Shown here in pieces: positions 27,544 through 41,400 of a stretch of 64,000 nt of DNA (positions are counted from its first letter, which is position 1; each line of letters starts with the position of its first letter). The notes beneath the pieces were generated by a model that saw nothing but the letters and a program-made list of their open reading frames with translations, searched no databases and was not told where the DNA came from. The stretch is from Nemertoderma westbladi. Lineage: Eukaryota > Animalia > Xenacoelomorpha. The position numbers were made by a program, and so were the translations under genes. The stretch lies in NCBI GenBank assembly GCA_032718475.1, contig JAUCBJ010007104.1, positions 38,254 to 102,253 of the forward strand, in the 5' to 3' direction.

Positions 27544-28357
27544 TTCCTGTTAATAGTTGCTTTTATTCAAAAATAGAAATATTTATTTCCTTCAACTGTT
27601 TTCGACTTTCACCAACGTCAATAATTAATGTACCGGTATTCCATATATCGATTACACCACTTTATAGACCGCTAAGTAAACGAGACTTTAGTAAAATAAC
27701 AAAGAATTCGGTGTCATCTTCATCTTACAACTATGTACTACAACAAACTTACAACTGGACCAACTGGACCAACTACAATTTAAATTGTTTCTTAGTTATA
27801 TGTTTTTATAATATTTGATCTCTGCGATTTACAGCGAATTCTGATAGGGTGAGTTACAAAAGTCAAAAATCCTGGATGATTTCACTTGGAATTACCTTTA
27901 ATTGTTAAGGATTTATTAGTTTCTAAAGTTTTTAAATGTTTTAGCGCCGATATTAATTAAATATTCCAAAACAAGTAGAAAAAAAATATCTTATAAAGAG
28001 AAAAAGTAGTTAAGGGACTTGTAACGATTGTCGGATAAGAATTAATTCGTCGGCTATTCGTTACAACAACAAATTACTTATAACGCAAACCCAAAACCAG
28101 AATATCATAAGAGATAAATAAAATAACGTGGCCATATAAATTAATAAATAGGTAATGCAATATGAATCTCGAGTTATTTATAACGAAAAATAATTGGATC
28201 CAGGAAAAATATAACTGGAATATATTATTATAGACATGAGAAGGGGGGGGGGGGGGGGGGGGTTAGGAAGTGGAAGACTCGACCGCTGTGAGTATAAGTT
28301 CCGTCATCACCTGGGTAACGCGTTGCGCCGTCGGTATGTAGAGTCTATCAACGGCGA

Positions 28358-28710
28358 CTATCTGGCCCTCCTTGTCGGCGTACTTAAAGGTAATGAGATT
28401 GGGTTGGCGTTTCTTCGAGGTGATCTTGGCGACGTCGACGAGGGGTCTACTGCTGCGGAGTTCGGCCGCGTCGACGCGGCCGCGGTGTACGAGTCCACCC
28501 AGACGCGGGCGTCCCGCACCGGTGACCCGCTAGGGGGCGTCTCCTCTTCCTCCTCCACCCCGATGCTGAACACGGCCCCAGTGCCGCGGTAGATCCGACT
28601 CCGACGCGCGGACGGGTCCACGTGTCGCGGCTCCGAGTCCCCGGAGGAGTCGGTTAGAACTTTCTCTGTGGGTTTCTTGAACGGCCGACCGCGGTTCCTC
28701 TTGAGTAAAC
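28358..28710 (-). CDS. Exon-like segment encoding an AT-hook-like motif (gene fragment or small gene), copy A
   Basis: GC-rich island after acceptor TTTACTCAG (28712-28711). Reads LLKRNRGRPFKKP...EEEEETPP...TRRAR-stop. No in-frame upstream coding exon found. Confidence 0.35.
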
Positions 28711-30166
28711 CTGAGTAAATGAATTTAAATAATAAGTTAATTAAGAAGTCAAGCCTTCTTATAGTAAGTCTAGCTACGTAGTAATTAATATGATTATGTA
28801 CGGGATTATTATAATTAAATTACCTTTGCTTTGAATTGATTAATAGTCCTTTTGGCGTCCCAACATTTCAATATAATTCATTCGGAACTGCCGTTGTTAT
28901 GTTAATTATTGTAATGCGACGTCTCTATAATAAAGCAGATAATATTTAGGCCTACCGGTATGAATAAACAAACTATAAAAATACTGGAATACAACACTAA
29001 ACACTAAAATAATAACTTAACTAGAAAGTCAAGCTTAAACTATACCGAATGAATATAATACCAAGCCGGTTGGTTGAAAGCCTATTATATTAATATGGAG
29101 ACACAAGAGTATTGTTATTGACATCGCAATACAAAGTAATTATATGTCTGGAGGGAGGAATGACCCCAAGTCTTTGTATAATAGCCGACCTACTCACCAA
29201 CCGACATTCAATTAATAATAAAATGCTTCTACGGCTACGGTACAGTACAACCAATGAGGACATTGAATATTAGTTGAAGGCAATGGCTGAATAGCAGCGT
29301 AAAGTTAAACTGCAACAGAGGTGAATGAAAACCGAAAGAAATAGGCCACGGTCACTCAGGTAAGCAAGCCTGAATGATATGATATAAGTATGACAAGGGC
29401 TTGAAGTATTGGCTACCCCGCCCATAAACTATAGTAACTGTATGAGATTTCATCTTAATAACCACTTTGAGGTTCTGAAAGATGTGGTGATTCTCACTTT
29501 TTAGCTGTTATTTAGGTGAAACAAAGCATAAGAAGAGGACGTAAATAAATACTTGATATTTTCACTTAATTAACAGCAGAAATGTTTTGGAATTGAAGTT
29601 ATTAATTTTTGTAGATTACTTACTCGCGAAATGTGTCAAAGACATTTTTGAAAATCAAAGACATTTTTGTGAAAGTGTCTTTTAAAAATGTGTCGAAGCC
29701 AGCCAATGGGCATAGCTGAATTGACATTATGTTTTTTTTGCAATATTGCCCCATAGTATAACATGAAGTAACCATAGTAATACCATGGTAAGGGCCAGTC
29801 CTTAGCCTTTAAATTAATAATGTCTCTAGCGGCTGCACCCCCCCCCCCCCGGCCGTCTGTCTGCAGCGTCTCTAGCGTCGGGAGTAAATTCGTACTGTGC
29901 CACTTGGTGGTGTATGACACTATTCCTATTCTACATAATTAATAAGGGGAAGGGAGGGATATTATTTCTTAGAAGATAATGCATAGTGTGGGACGTGGGT
30001 ATATTGTGATAGCTGTATCTTGGGTTCTCGTGGATGAAAAATGCTGGTTTAAAGTTCTTTAGATTAACTGTAAATTGATCTATCTATTCATACCAATAAC
30101 TAAGAATCAGTATGAAGAATAACCTTATTCGAAATATATTATTATATATGCTGTGTTATGCAATGC

Positions 30167-31098
30167 CATTGGTTTCAATATCGATTACAATATCAATATC
30201 GGTTATTGGTATTGGTATCGATATTGGTTACTGATTTCAATATTGGTATTGGTTATGGGTTTCAATATCGATATCAATATCAATATCGGTTATTGGTATT
30301 GGTATCGATATTGGTTATTGATATCAATATTGGTATTGGTATTGATATTGGTATTGGTATTGGTATTGGTATTGGTTATTGGTTTCAATATCGATATCGA
30401 TATCAATATCAATATTGGTTATTGGTATTGGTATCGATATTGGTTATTGATATCAATATTGGTATTGGTATTGGTATTGGTATTGGTATTGGTATTGGTA
30501 TTGGTATTGGTATTGGTATTGGTATTGGTATTGGTATTGGTATTGGTATTGGTATTGGTATTGGTATTGGTATTGGTATTGGTATTGGTATTGGTATTGG
30601 TATTGGTATTGGTATTGGTATTGGTATTGGTATTGGTATTGGTATTGGTATTGGTATTGGTATTGGTATTGGTATTGGTATTGGTATTGGTATTGGTATT
30701 GGTATTGGTATTGGTATTGGTATTGGTATTGGTATTGGTATTGGTATTGGTATTGGTATTGGTATTGGTATTGGTATTGGTATTGGTATTGGTATTGGTA
30801 TTGGTATTGGTATTGGTATTGGTATTGGTATTGGTATTGGTATTGGTATTGGTATTGGTATTGGTATTGGTATTGGTATTGGTATTGGTATTGGTATTGG
30901 TATTGGTATTGGTATTGGTATTGGTATTGGTATTGGTATTGGTATTGGTATTGGTATTGGTATTGGTATTGGTATTGGTATTGGTATTGGTATTGGTATT
31001 GGTTATTGGTTTCAATATCGATTACAATATCAATATCGGTTATTGTTATTGGTATCGATATTGGTTATTGATTTCAATATTGGTATTGGTATTGGTAT
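30167..31098 (+). repeat. (GGTATT)n microsatellite, module 2
   Basis: Pure tract ~30458-31000, flanked by degenerate GATATC/GGTTATT variants. Joins the satellite as GGTATT-CCGGACAG. Confidence 0.97.
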
Positions 31099-33299
31099 TC
31101 CGGACAGTATTTTGGACAACGTTGCCCGGAAATCCGGGCATTTTGCCGGATTTATGGATTTCCGGGCATTCTAACGCCCGGGCATCCGGGCGACTTTGGA
31201 ACGGACTAATAGTCGAATTTACGCCCGGATTTAAAGTATTCCGGAGAGTATTTTGGACAACTTTGCCCGGAAATCCGGGCATTTTGCCGGATTTTTGGAT
31301 TTCCGGGCATTCTAACGCCCGGGCATCCGGGCGACTTTGGAACGGACAAATAGTAGGACAGACAAGTTTAATAGACGCCCGGATTTACAGAATTCCTGAC
31401 AGTATTTTGGACAACTTTGCCCGGAAATCCGGGCATTCTAACGCCCGGGCATCCGGGCGACTTTGGAACGGACAAATAGTCGGACAGACAAGTTTAATGG
31501 ACGCCAGGATTTACAGAATTCCGGACAGTATTTTGGACAACTTTGCCCGGAAATCCGGGCATTTTGCCGGATTTTTGGATTTCCGGGCATTCTAACGCCC
31601 GGGCATCCGGGCGACTTTGGAACGGACAAATAGTCGGACAGACAAGTTTAATGGACGCCCGGATTTACAGAATTCCGGACAGTATTTTGGACAACGTTGC
31701 CCGGAAATCCGGGAATTTTGCCGGATTTTTGGATTTCCGGGCATTCTAACGCCCGGACATCCGGGCGACTTTGGAACGGACTAATAGTCGGACAGACAAG
31801 TTTCATGGACGCCCGGATATACAGAATTCCTGGCAGTATTTTGGACAACTTTGCCCGGAAATCCGGGCATTTTGCCGGATTTTTGGATTTCCGGGCATTC
31901 TAACGCCCGGGCATCCGGGCGACTTTGGAACGGACAAATAGTCGGACAGACAAGTTTAATGGACGCCCGGATTTACAGAATTCCGGACAGTATTTTGGAC
32001 AACGTTGCCCGGAAATCCGGGAATTTTGCCGGATTTTTGGATTTCCGGGCATTCTAACGCCCGGGCATCCGGGCGACTTTGGAACGGACTAATAGTCGGA
32101 CAGACAAGTTTCATGGACGCCCGGATATACAGAATTCCTGGCAGTATTTTGGACAACTTTGCCCGGAAATCCGGGCATTTTGCCGGATTTTTGGATTTCC
32201 GGGCATTCTAACGCCCGGGCATCCGGGCGACTTTGGAACGGACAAATAGTCGGACAGACAAGTTTAATGGACGCCCGGATTTACAGAATTCCGGACAGTA
32301 TTTTGGACAACTTAGCCCGGAAATCCGGGCATTTTGCCGGATTTTTGGATTTCCGGGCATTCTAACGCCCGGGCATCCGGGCGACTTTGGAACGGACAAA
32401 TAGTCGGACAGACAAGTTTAATGGACGCCCGGATTTACAGAATTCCGGACAGTATTTTGGACAACGTTGCCCGGAAATCCGGGAATTTTGCCGGATTTTT
32501 GGATTTCCGGGCATTCTAACGCCCGGGCATCCGGGCGACTTTGGAACGGACTAATAGTCGGACAGACAAGTTTCATGGACGCCCGGATATACAGAATTCC
32601 TGGCAGTATTTTGGACAACTTTGCCCGGAAATCCGGGCATTTTGCCGGATTTTTGGATTTCCGGGCATTCTAACGCCCGGGCATCCGGGCGACTTTGGAA
32701 CGGACAAATAGTCGGACAGACAAGTTTAATGGACGCCCGGATTTACAGAATTCCTGACAGTATTTTGGACAACTTTGCCCGGAAATCCGGACATTTTGCC
32801 GGATTTTTGTATTTCCGGGCATTCTAACGCACGGGCATCCGGGCGACTTTGGAACGGACAAATAGTCGGACAGACAAGTTTCATGAACGCCCGGATTTAC
32901 AGAATTCCTGACAGTATTTTGGACAACTTTGCCCGGAAATCCGGGCATTTTGCCTGATTTTTGGATGTCCGGGCATTCCAGTGCCCGGGCGTCCGGACAT
33001 CCGGGCGACTTTAGAACGGACAAATAGTCGAATTTACGCCCAGATTTACAGTATTCCGGAGAGTATTTTGGACAACTTTGCCCAGAAATCCGGGCATTTT
33101 GCCGGATTTTTGGATTTCCGGGCATTCTAACGCCCGGGCATCCGGGCGACTTTGGAATGGACAAGTTTAATGGACGCCCGGATTTACAAAATTCCGGACA
33201 GTATTATGGACAACTTTGCCTGGAAATCCGGACATTTTGCCGGATTTTTGGATGTCCGGGCATACTAGTGCCCGGGCGTCCGGACATCCGGGCGACTTT
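31098..33299. repeat. Satellite array 2, left part (154-bp monomer, 308-bp dimer)
   Basis: Period 154 (31543, 31697, 31851, 32005, 32159) with alternating variants. Interrupted by the LTR element. Confidence 0.95.
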
Positions 33300-34729
33300 T
33301 ATACTGTTTTTGATGAAATTGCATTATCAATTAAGTTTCCCCATTACAAACTGGTATTAAATATAGTAAATAATTCTATACAGTATACTAAATTATAGAA
33401 AGTTTGAATTTCGCGCCCAACATTTTTTAAAAAGGGACATGTCACTTTGTCATTCAGTCATTGGTGAGTTTTAATTATTAAGAATCTCTTTTGTGTTTTT
33501 CGTACTTAAGCAGACTGCTAACTGCAGTACTGCACCTGCACAACTGCACAACAACAACAATTTGTCATTGTCATATTTATAATTACTGGTACTGAATTAT
33601 ACCTGTTTTTTGTTCTTTGACATTGTGATTTCAAGTTAAATGTGAAATGCCGTAAATCCTAAATCTGTTATTGACTGATTCAATTAAATTGTCCGTCTAC
33701 AATCTGAAAACGGACAATTTTCAACATATGGCACATGGCAGTAGGCCTATGGAAATAACATACAGGATAATGGAGTAGTTTTACCGGGAGCGATCTGCCG
33801 GCGATTCCACAGGCGAGAGGGTATGAGATGAAGCAAAATCCGGCCAGTATACCGGTATAATGAACAGGGAAGTATAGCCTATCGCCCATCGGTAGGCCTG
33901 CAACACTACACTGGAAGGGGTTCAAAATTAAGCGAGGAACACTGGGGTTCATTTGGGGCAGGAGGGTGGGGTGCAATACAGAAATATTCCTTCGACGGCT
34001 GAGACGGTTATATGCTGAATAAGTAGGCCCTAGGATTTTTTGATTTAATTAGTACATTTTGGATTAAAGGTCGTATTACCGCATTAGATTATTGACCAGC
34101 CCAACCCATTTCCAACCATTCCTAGTTTTGGGAGGGGAATCGACAGTAAAAAATAGGTGCTTCGATTCTACATTTCATTTGAGATTATTTGGGGGACTAA
34201 CAATTCTGATTATATATATTTCTATCACTAGGCCGACTTTCGATTTGGGGATCATTCACTGTCACACGGTGGGCTGGTTAGCTATTTGATCATCCATAAT
34301 AGACAGACTCCCTTTTGGTTGGTTCATTGGAAGTATTACAGTTTTGGAGAAGCCAAAATGACATTATTTGGAAATGGGACCTGCGTAAAAGCGGCTTATA
34401 GCCGATAATTGGCGGAACTCGACTGTCAGATTTCATTTTATATTTATTACAAAATTAGTCCTATATTATATTGAAAGTACACGCTAAATCTAGATTACAA
34501 TATAGCAAATTTAGCTTGACTCAGTCATGTGATATTTAAATGTGGGTATCACCTTTTTGCCTTAATTAGCAGCAACATTTAGAACATTTCAGAAATATTA
34601 GTTTTGCCTTGGAACGGGTGGTTTATTCAAACGCTGTAGGATATTAGTAAGCAATCTATCTGAGTCAATTCGAATCAGTAGTCGGCTTACATTTCGTTGT
34701 TCAGTGTTTTTTGAGCACAGAACGCAACA
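33300..34729 (+). repeat. 5' LTR
   Basis: TATACTG...GCAACA; no difference from 46973-48402 seen by eye. Confidence 0.94.
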
Positions 34730-35482
34730 GTCAATAATCTAGTATTGTGACTGCGTCACTGAATTTGAATTTTGAATTTAGATTTAGCAAAATTTAAAAT
34801 TTGTTTTAGTTTTTTAATTTTGGACGCAAAATTATTTAATTGAAATATTTATTAAATTAATTTCAAGGCAACCATATTTATTCTCCGTACAACTTCCAGG
34901 TACTCAACTTCATCACTTCAACTGGTTCCGGATCTGTGAACGTCAATGCTTGGTACATTGGTGAGGACTAAGTTAGAGTCACTTACGAATTGGGACGCGA
35001 ACGACGGTACACCGATTCTGAGGTTGGTCGTAGTGTTAAATCTTTGTACTTGTGAGATCTATTGAGTGAATTATGGCAGCCTGAAAGGTTTGTAAAACAC
35101 ATACCGGTATATATTGAGTATTCCTCGCATACCAATATATATAATTTCGGGGAATTTGGCGTTATTTGTAAAAATTTAAAATTTATTATTTTACCAAAAA
35201 TAAAAAAGGTTTTAAAATTCATCTCATTTTACCCAATTTACAATTGTGGTAGCCGTGCAAATAGCTCCTTTATTTGCATCATAAATATACATTGGTAAGT
35301 GTATATAAAATATTTGATTAATTTGGAAATATTTTCGCTGTTATATGTATGTATACAACACAACGTTTTGGTGTTGTATAATTTGTATAACAGACCAATT
35401 TTAAGGTATATATAATTTATATAATTATATATATAGTTGACATTGGTATAATAATACCACCGAACTTGACAACCTTTTAACA

Positions 35483-38400
35483 ATGAGTCAGAACAACAAC
35501 ACTGACCCTCCATTAACGGAGTATTACGAGACGGCTGGTGAGACAACTAGTCAGCAATTAGACACTTCAGTACCTGACAATACTGTGGACATTAATGAAC
35601 CTACGACAATTACTGTGGGTACCGCTACTGTAACAGAAGTTATAGACGATGACGGTGGTCATTCCCAGACATTTGGCCCACATCCCTACAACAATGTACC
35701 CGACCCACATAGTGACAGTGGGAGTGAAACATCAACACCAGGTCCAACTATCAGCAGGAGTGCTGGCGGACATATGGCTAAAGTAACTAGTGCTACAAAT
35801 AAATTAATAAGAGTATTAGATAGGCAAGAGTACGAACCTGTAAATCTAGGCATATTACAGGATGAATATAATCAATTAATATTTACTCAAAGTAATAAAC
35901 TGCAAGAATTAGTAGGCCTGGCAGAAAAACGGCGGGAATTTAAAACTCTTACCAACCTGTACACTAAGTTACAAAGTATTCGTGCTACCTTTATTTCGAT
36001 AACAAATCGAATTCGGGCAATACGCGAGGAGTTCCGCGCGAGTTTAGCCGATGCATCTGAGGCACAAATAAACTTTGACTCAGAAGAATTCGAGTTGAAT
36101 GAATGGGTAAATGTGTACATAAATAAGTTAGAGCGTTATCTATTTCAGAAGGGTGTGGTAGTACCCGGTTTACCGCTACCAACTAAGGCAAATGAAGTGG
36201 CCAGCAAATATTCGGAAATCATTAACGAGGGAGCTCATTCGGTGGCGAGTAAAACCCGGTGTAAGGGTTCCGTGAGTTCGTTGTCGATTTCAGCCTCGCA
36301 ACTATTAACCGTGAGGAGGTTAAGCGAAGATGGGCAACAAGCAAAACGCGAACAACTTCGATTTGAACGAGAAGAAGAAATTCGGCGTAGTAGGCAACTG
36401 GCAGAAACAGAGTTGAAGCGATTAGCGCAAAATATATCGCAACTGAGTGTGGAAGAAACACATTTACTGGAGTCTGAAGCATGTGCGATAAGGGCCAAGA
36501 AATTAGATATGGATGCAGCAAATAGATTAGCTGAGATTGAACGTGGGAGGGTTCGAAGAGAAGCGGAAGCTGAGCGTGTTAAGGCGGATCGTTTAGCAGA
36601 AATCGAGAAGGCACTAATTGAACGCGAAACTGCTGCAAATCGCCAACGAATGGTTGATGATGCTATGCGTATCGAACAAGAAAATGAAATAGCAAGAAGA
36701 AAGAAGGAGCTGGAAGATCAGTGTTTGAAAATCGAGGCCCAACGTAAACAACAGCTTGAGGAGGACGAACGCAGAAGGAAAGGAGAAGAATTGGCTAGTC
36801 GACAACGACATATCGCATCTGAACTTGAGGAAGCCAAATTAGCAGCGAGATGTTATAGAGCGAATTCATTGTTAAGCGAATTGGACCATGTTGCTTCCTC
36901 TGTAGAGCAGTACAATGAAACTCATGGAAAGGATGCAATAGACTCAAAGATGCATTTCATCGATGCTTTTCATAGACATTTTGCTGGAAAGGGATGGGTG
37001 GAAGAGGAATATGATTTGCCACCTAGCATAAGTGGAACACAACGACGAAATCCTCGCCGTATTGAAAACCGTGGGGCGGAAGAATACCCAGAAATTGCAT
37101 CAGGAGGAATATTGAATTTCACCAATGATAATTTTTCTCGCAAAACTCACCATCCACGAACTGTTAATCAGAAAAATCCGTCGTCTAGAGACCATGTGCC
37201 GCATTGTGAATGTTCCGAGTGTCAAAGTCGTTCACTGAAAAAACGAAATATTGAAAATAAATTTAGTGAAGTAGGTTACAATGAGTCGCGAGAAATTTTT
37301 CGAGTAAATAAAGATGAAGAACAACAGAGAGATTGGAATCAGTATCGGGAAGAGGAAAAGTTCCAATTGAATGACATGGTTTCCCAACCCCAGTTAACGA
37401 TAGATCAGCTAAAATCTGCAATTCAAGAATGTAATAATTCAGTATTACAGGAAGTTAAGGAGGTAAAGTTTCAAGTTCAGGGCATCCAGGGACATGTTCA
37501 TAGTGTTCAAGCTGAAGTTCACAATGTTCAAAAATGTGTTCAGCATGTTCAAGGCCAAGTTCAGGATGAGTTTGAGTCTGTTAGATATTCCATGCAAGAA
37601 GTTGATGCGAGATTAACTCGAGCTGAACAACAAAGGGAGAAGGAACATTTAGCGACTCAACAACTGAGAAATAACAACCCGGAAGTTAAACTGAAGTTTC
37701 CAAATAAGAATAAAGTAAATTTTCCTATTATTGATTGTAGAACAGATAGTGAAAACGAACAGGAAGTCGAAGATATTAGCTTAGGGATGAGTCCACGGGT
37801 TCGACCGAAGGTTTATTATGGTACTAAAAATCCATCGATGCCGCCAAAGTCAAGAAGTCTTACTACTCCTACTCAGGGAAGTGAAGACTCACCTGTTACG
37901 GCTATTGCTACCGAACTGTCTCGTTTTAGTGCAAGACAAAGCCTTCCCCAACAACAACCTCCAACATTTTCCGGAATTTCTAAACACTGGAGGAATTTCA
38001 CCAGCTATGTAGATACTACAATAGCCTCACAGGAATTCACTTCTAGTGAAAAATTTTGTTATTTGTTTCAATTACTGAAGGGAGAACCTCGTGAGTTAGT
38101 CAGCACATTCGTAGGAGATGAAGACGCATTCGAATTAGCTTATAATAGATTAATTACTACATATGGTGGCAATACGAAGATGGCTAGGTCTGTAGTGGAT
38201 GAGCTAGCAAAAGGAAATCCAGTTACAACACCGGTAGATTTAGTAAAACTTGCCGATTCAATTAAAAACGCAATTAAAGTTTTACCTACTTATGGTTGTG
38301 AGCACTATGGTGTGCGGCCGGATATTCTACGGGATATAATGAGGCGGCTATCATTACGATATAGACAAAAAATTAGGAGACTAGAAAGAAAGGTGGAATC

Positions 38401-41400
38401 TCGAGGAGATACATTATCTATTAAGCATATCTATGAGATTATAGCAGCAGATAGTGAAGCTGATTTACGTTCAAATTATTCCGAGGAATATCTACAAATA
38501 GAGCGACATTACGGTAGAACTAAATCAGCCTCCTCTGATAAATCTGCTGTAGCGTATAGTACTTTATCCAATCAGCAAGTAGCTAGTGATGGACCAAATA
38601 AAGTAGCGGCGCCGATTGGAGCCAAACAATTACAGGTACAAGAGTTACCAGCTGATTTCAGAGGATGTCAGTACTGCTATTATCTATCTCAGAAATCGAC
38701 TGATCATAAACTGGTTGGATGTAATTTGTTTTCTAAGTTAGACATACAGAAACGTAGGCTAATAATCAGGACCCTAGATGCCTGTTGGAAGTGTTTGGCG
38801 GTGGGACACAAGCGCAGAGCTTGTACCAGCGCCACAGCAACAAAAGGTTGCACAGACTGTGGCAGATTGCACCATAGGCTACTACACACTGCCGAACATA
38901 CACCAACAAAGCAATACTTATTGGACAACCCAAATAAGGTGACAAGACGGACTGCACTGACACATAATGTGACATTTGCTGGAATACGGACAGATGAGCT
39001 TAGCGATCAGTCTGGGTCGACAAGTGGGGAGGAGTATGAGGGAGCCTCGGCTTCTGAACCAGAAACTTGTGCAACAAGTACTGGTGATAGTACTTCTTTT
39101 CTTACACGGACGCAGTCTGTCGGATTTAGCGTAATTCCTATTGCTATCAGTGGTGAGAAGGGTACAAAGAGTGTATTTTGCCTCATGGACACAGCCTCAA
39201 ACCAAAGCTATGTGGATGAGGAGATCGCCAGTGTGGTAACAAATACAGATATCCTAACAACCACAATGATGGATATAGGTTCATTACACGGACGGAAGCT
39301 CATGCCTGTCAAGTATGTAAAGTTAACACTAGACTCTTTATTGTCTACAGAACAGCAGAGCATTACAGAGCAGAGATTATTGCCTCTGAAGGACTTACAG
39401 TTTGCTGCCATACGTGACTTTGCACAACTGCTAGGACCTGTACCGATTTCCACTGAGAGAGACAGAAAATATCTTCAAGGGGTAGATATACCACAACACT
39501 ATGTTAATTATCGTAATATTGCGATGATTATCGGAACCGACCAATTTATTGCTCATAAAACTTGGGAAACCAGACCAGTAGAATGGAATCTAGGAGATCC
39601 CTATTCTAATCGTACTATTTTAGGATGGTATACACGGTATCCACTCAACTGGGTAACAGGCACAGAAGGTACTGACACCACAGAGTCTGACAAGTCTACA
39701 GGCACAGTAGGTACCATTAACACGAGATGGCAATATTGTAATAATAGCACAGATAATACTCGAGACAGGTATTACGATGACTTACTATTACAGGAACAGG
39801 TCAAGACACAATCAACATACATTAGTAACATAAGTGACATTACTGAGCAATCAGATAGCTCATTAGAATCTGATAATCAGTCAGAGTGTTGTGAGACCTT
39901 TAGCAACGATTCAGACTGTGGTTTGAGCCCCTGCAGAGGATCTGATAACGACTCTGTTGAGTCAGAGGAAGCTATCGGAAAACTCAGACAAGTGCAATTT
40001 GACCCGGACGAGAGCAGAAAGGACAGTCACCGAATCATGAGTTTTTGTACTGTCAATACTTCTCAGACAAGGTTAGAGTCCTTCGAGACTCTCCGAAACG
40101 TAAATTCCACTGAGGTGGAACTTATGGAAGCTTATGATTATTTAGAGGATGATAAAGAGATGCATCGTAAAACATTACAATGGCTGGAACAGGATGCTGC
40201 AGAACCTAACAGTTATGACACTGCATTATCTGTGAGTGAACAAAGATGCATAGATATTATGGAGAAAACCATCAACCAACTACCCAATGGTCATTTTGAA
40301 GTGGGGATGCTGTGGAGAGAGGATAAGCCAAAGTTGAAAAATAATTACCCTCTGGCTTTGAAGAGACTGTTAATGATTAGGAGACGTCTACTCAATAATC
40401 CGGCTATACATGAACAATATCAGACCCAAATGGACATGTATATCGACAATAAATACGCTATTAGGATGGAACATCCCGAGATCACTACCGACAAAACGTA
40501 TTATTTACCGCATCATTATGTTATACATCCGGATAAACCGGGTAAAGTTAGAGTGGTGAATGACTGTAGAGAGAAATATATGGGTATGTCATTAAACTCT
40601 GAATTACTTGATGGTCCCAACATGAATAATTACTTAATTGGCATCCTCCTACGTTTTCGTCAGTGTAATATAGCGTTTACGTGTGATATTGAATCCATGT
40701 TTAACCAGGTGTTCGCCTTGAAGGAAGACCAAGAATGTCTTAGGTTTCTTTGGTACCCCAATAAGGATTTAACAGGTGAACCTGCAGTTTATAGAATGAC
40801 TAGACATTGTCAGGGAGCTAGAGATAGTCCTACCGGATGCATTTTCGCCCTTAAGAGGACCGCAGACAAACAGAAGGACAACTTTAATGAAAGAGTTATA
40901 GAGACCATTAAAAAAGATATATATACAGACGATGGCCTAAAGTGCTGTGACACTGTAAAAGAAGCAATTGATATGTCACACGATATACAACGTTGCGTAG
41001 CAACGGGTGGATTCAGACTAACCAAGTTCGTATCCAATTCAGTTGAACTAATAAATTCATTTCCAGTGAAAGATCGTAGTATGGGCGATATCGAATTAGA
41101 ATTCGAACCAATACCGACAACTAAGGTCCTGGGCTTAGTCTGGAATCCCAATAGCGACACATTTCAGGTGCGTGTAAAAGTACCATCAAAGGATGGAGTC
41201 CTCACTAAACGTATTTGCTTATCTACAATGAGCAAACTTTTCGACCCACTTAGTTTCATTAGTCCGGTCATATTACAAGCTCGGATATATCTCAGGAAAA
41301 TCTGGTTAGGTAAGACAGATTGGGATGAACCCATATCAGAAGAGATAGCAATACAATGGAGACAATGGGAGGATCAGTTACCGACATTGAAGACACTCAA

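Larger units (their letters stand above)
25090..30150. repeat. Segmental duplication unit, copy A
   Basis: Matches 49875-57900 (e.g. lines 26401 and 50401 are identical at offset 24000). Its 26901-27325 segment matches 63570-64000. Confidence 0.93.

Noticed and set aside
33680-34289. 98-aa and 65-aa ORFs duplicated at 47353-47962
   Set aside because: They lie within the LTRs, have non-ATG starts and no motifs.
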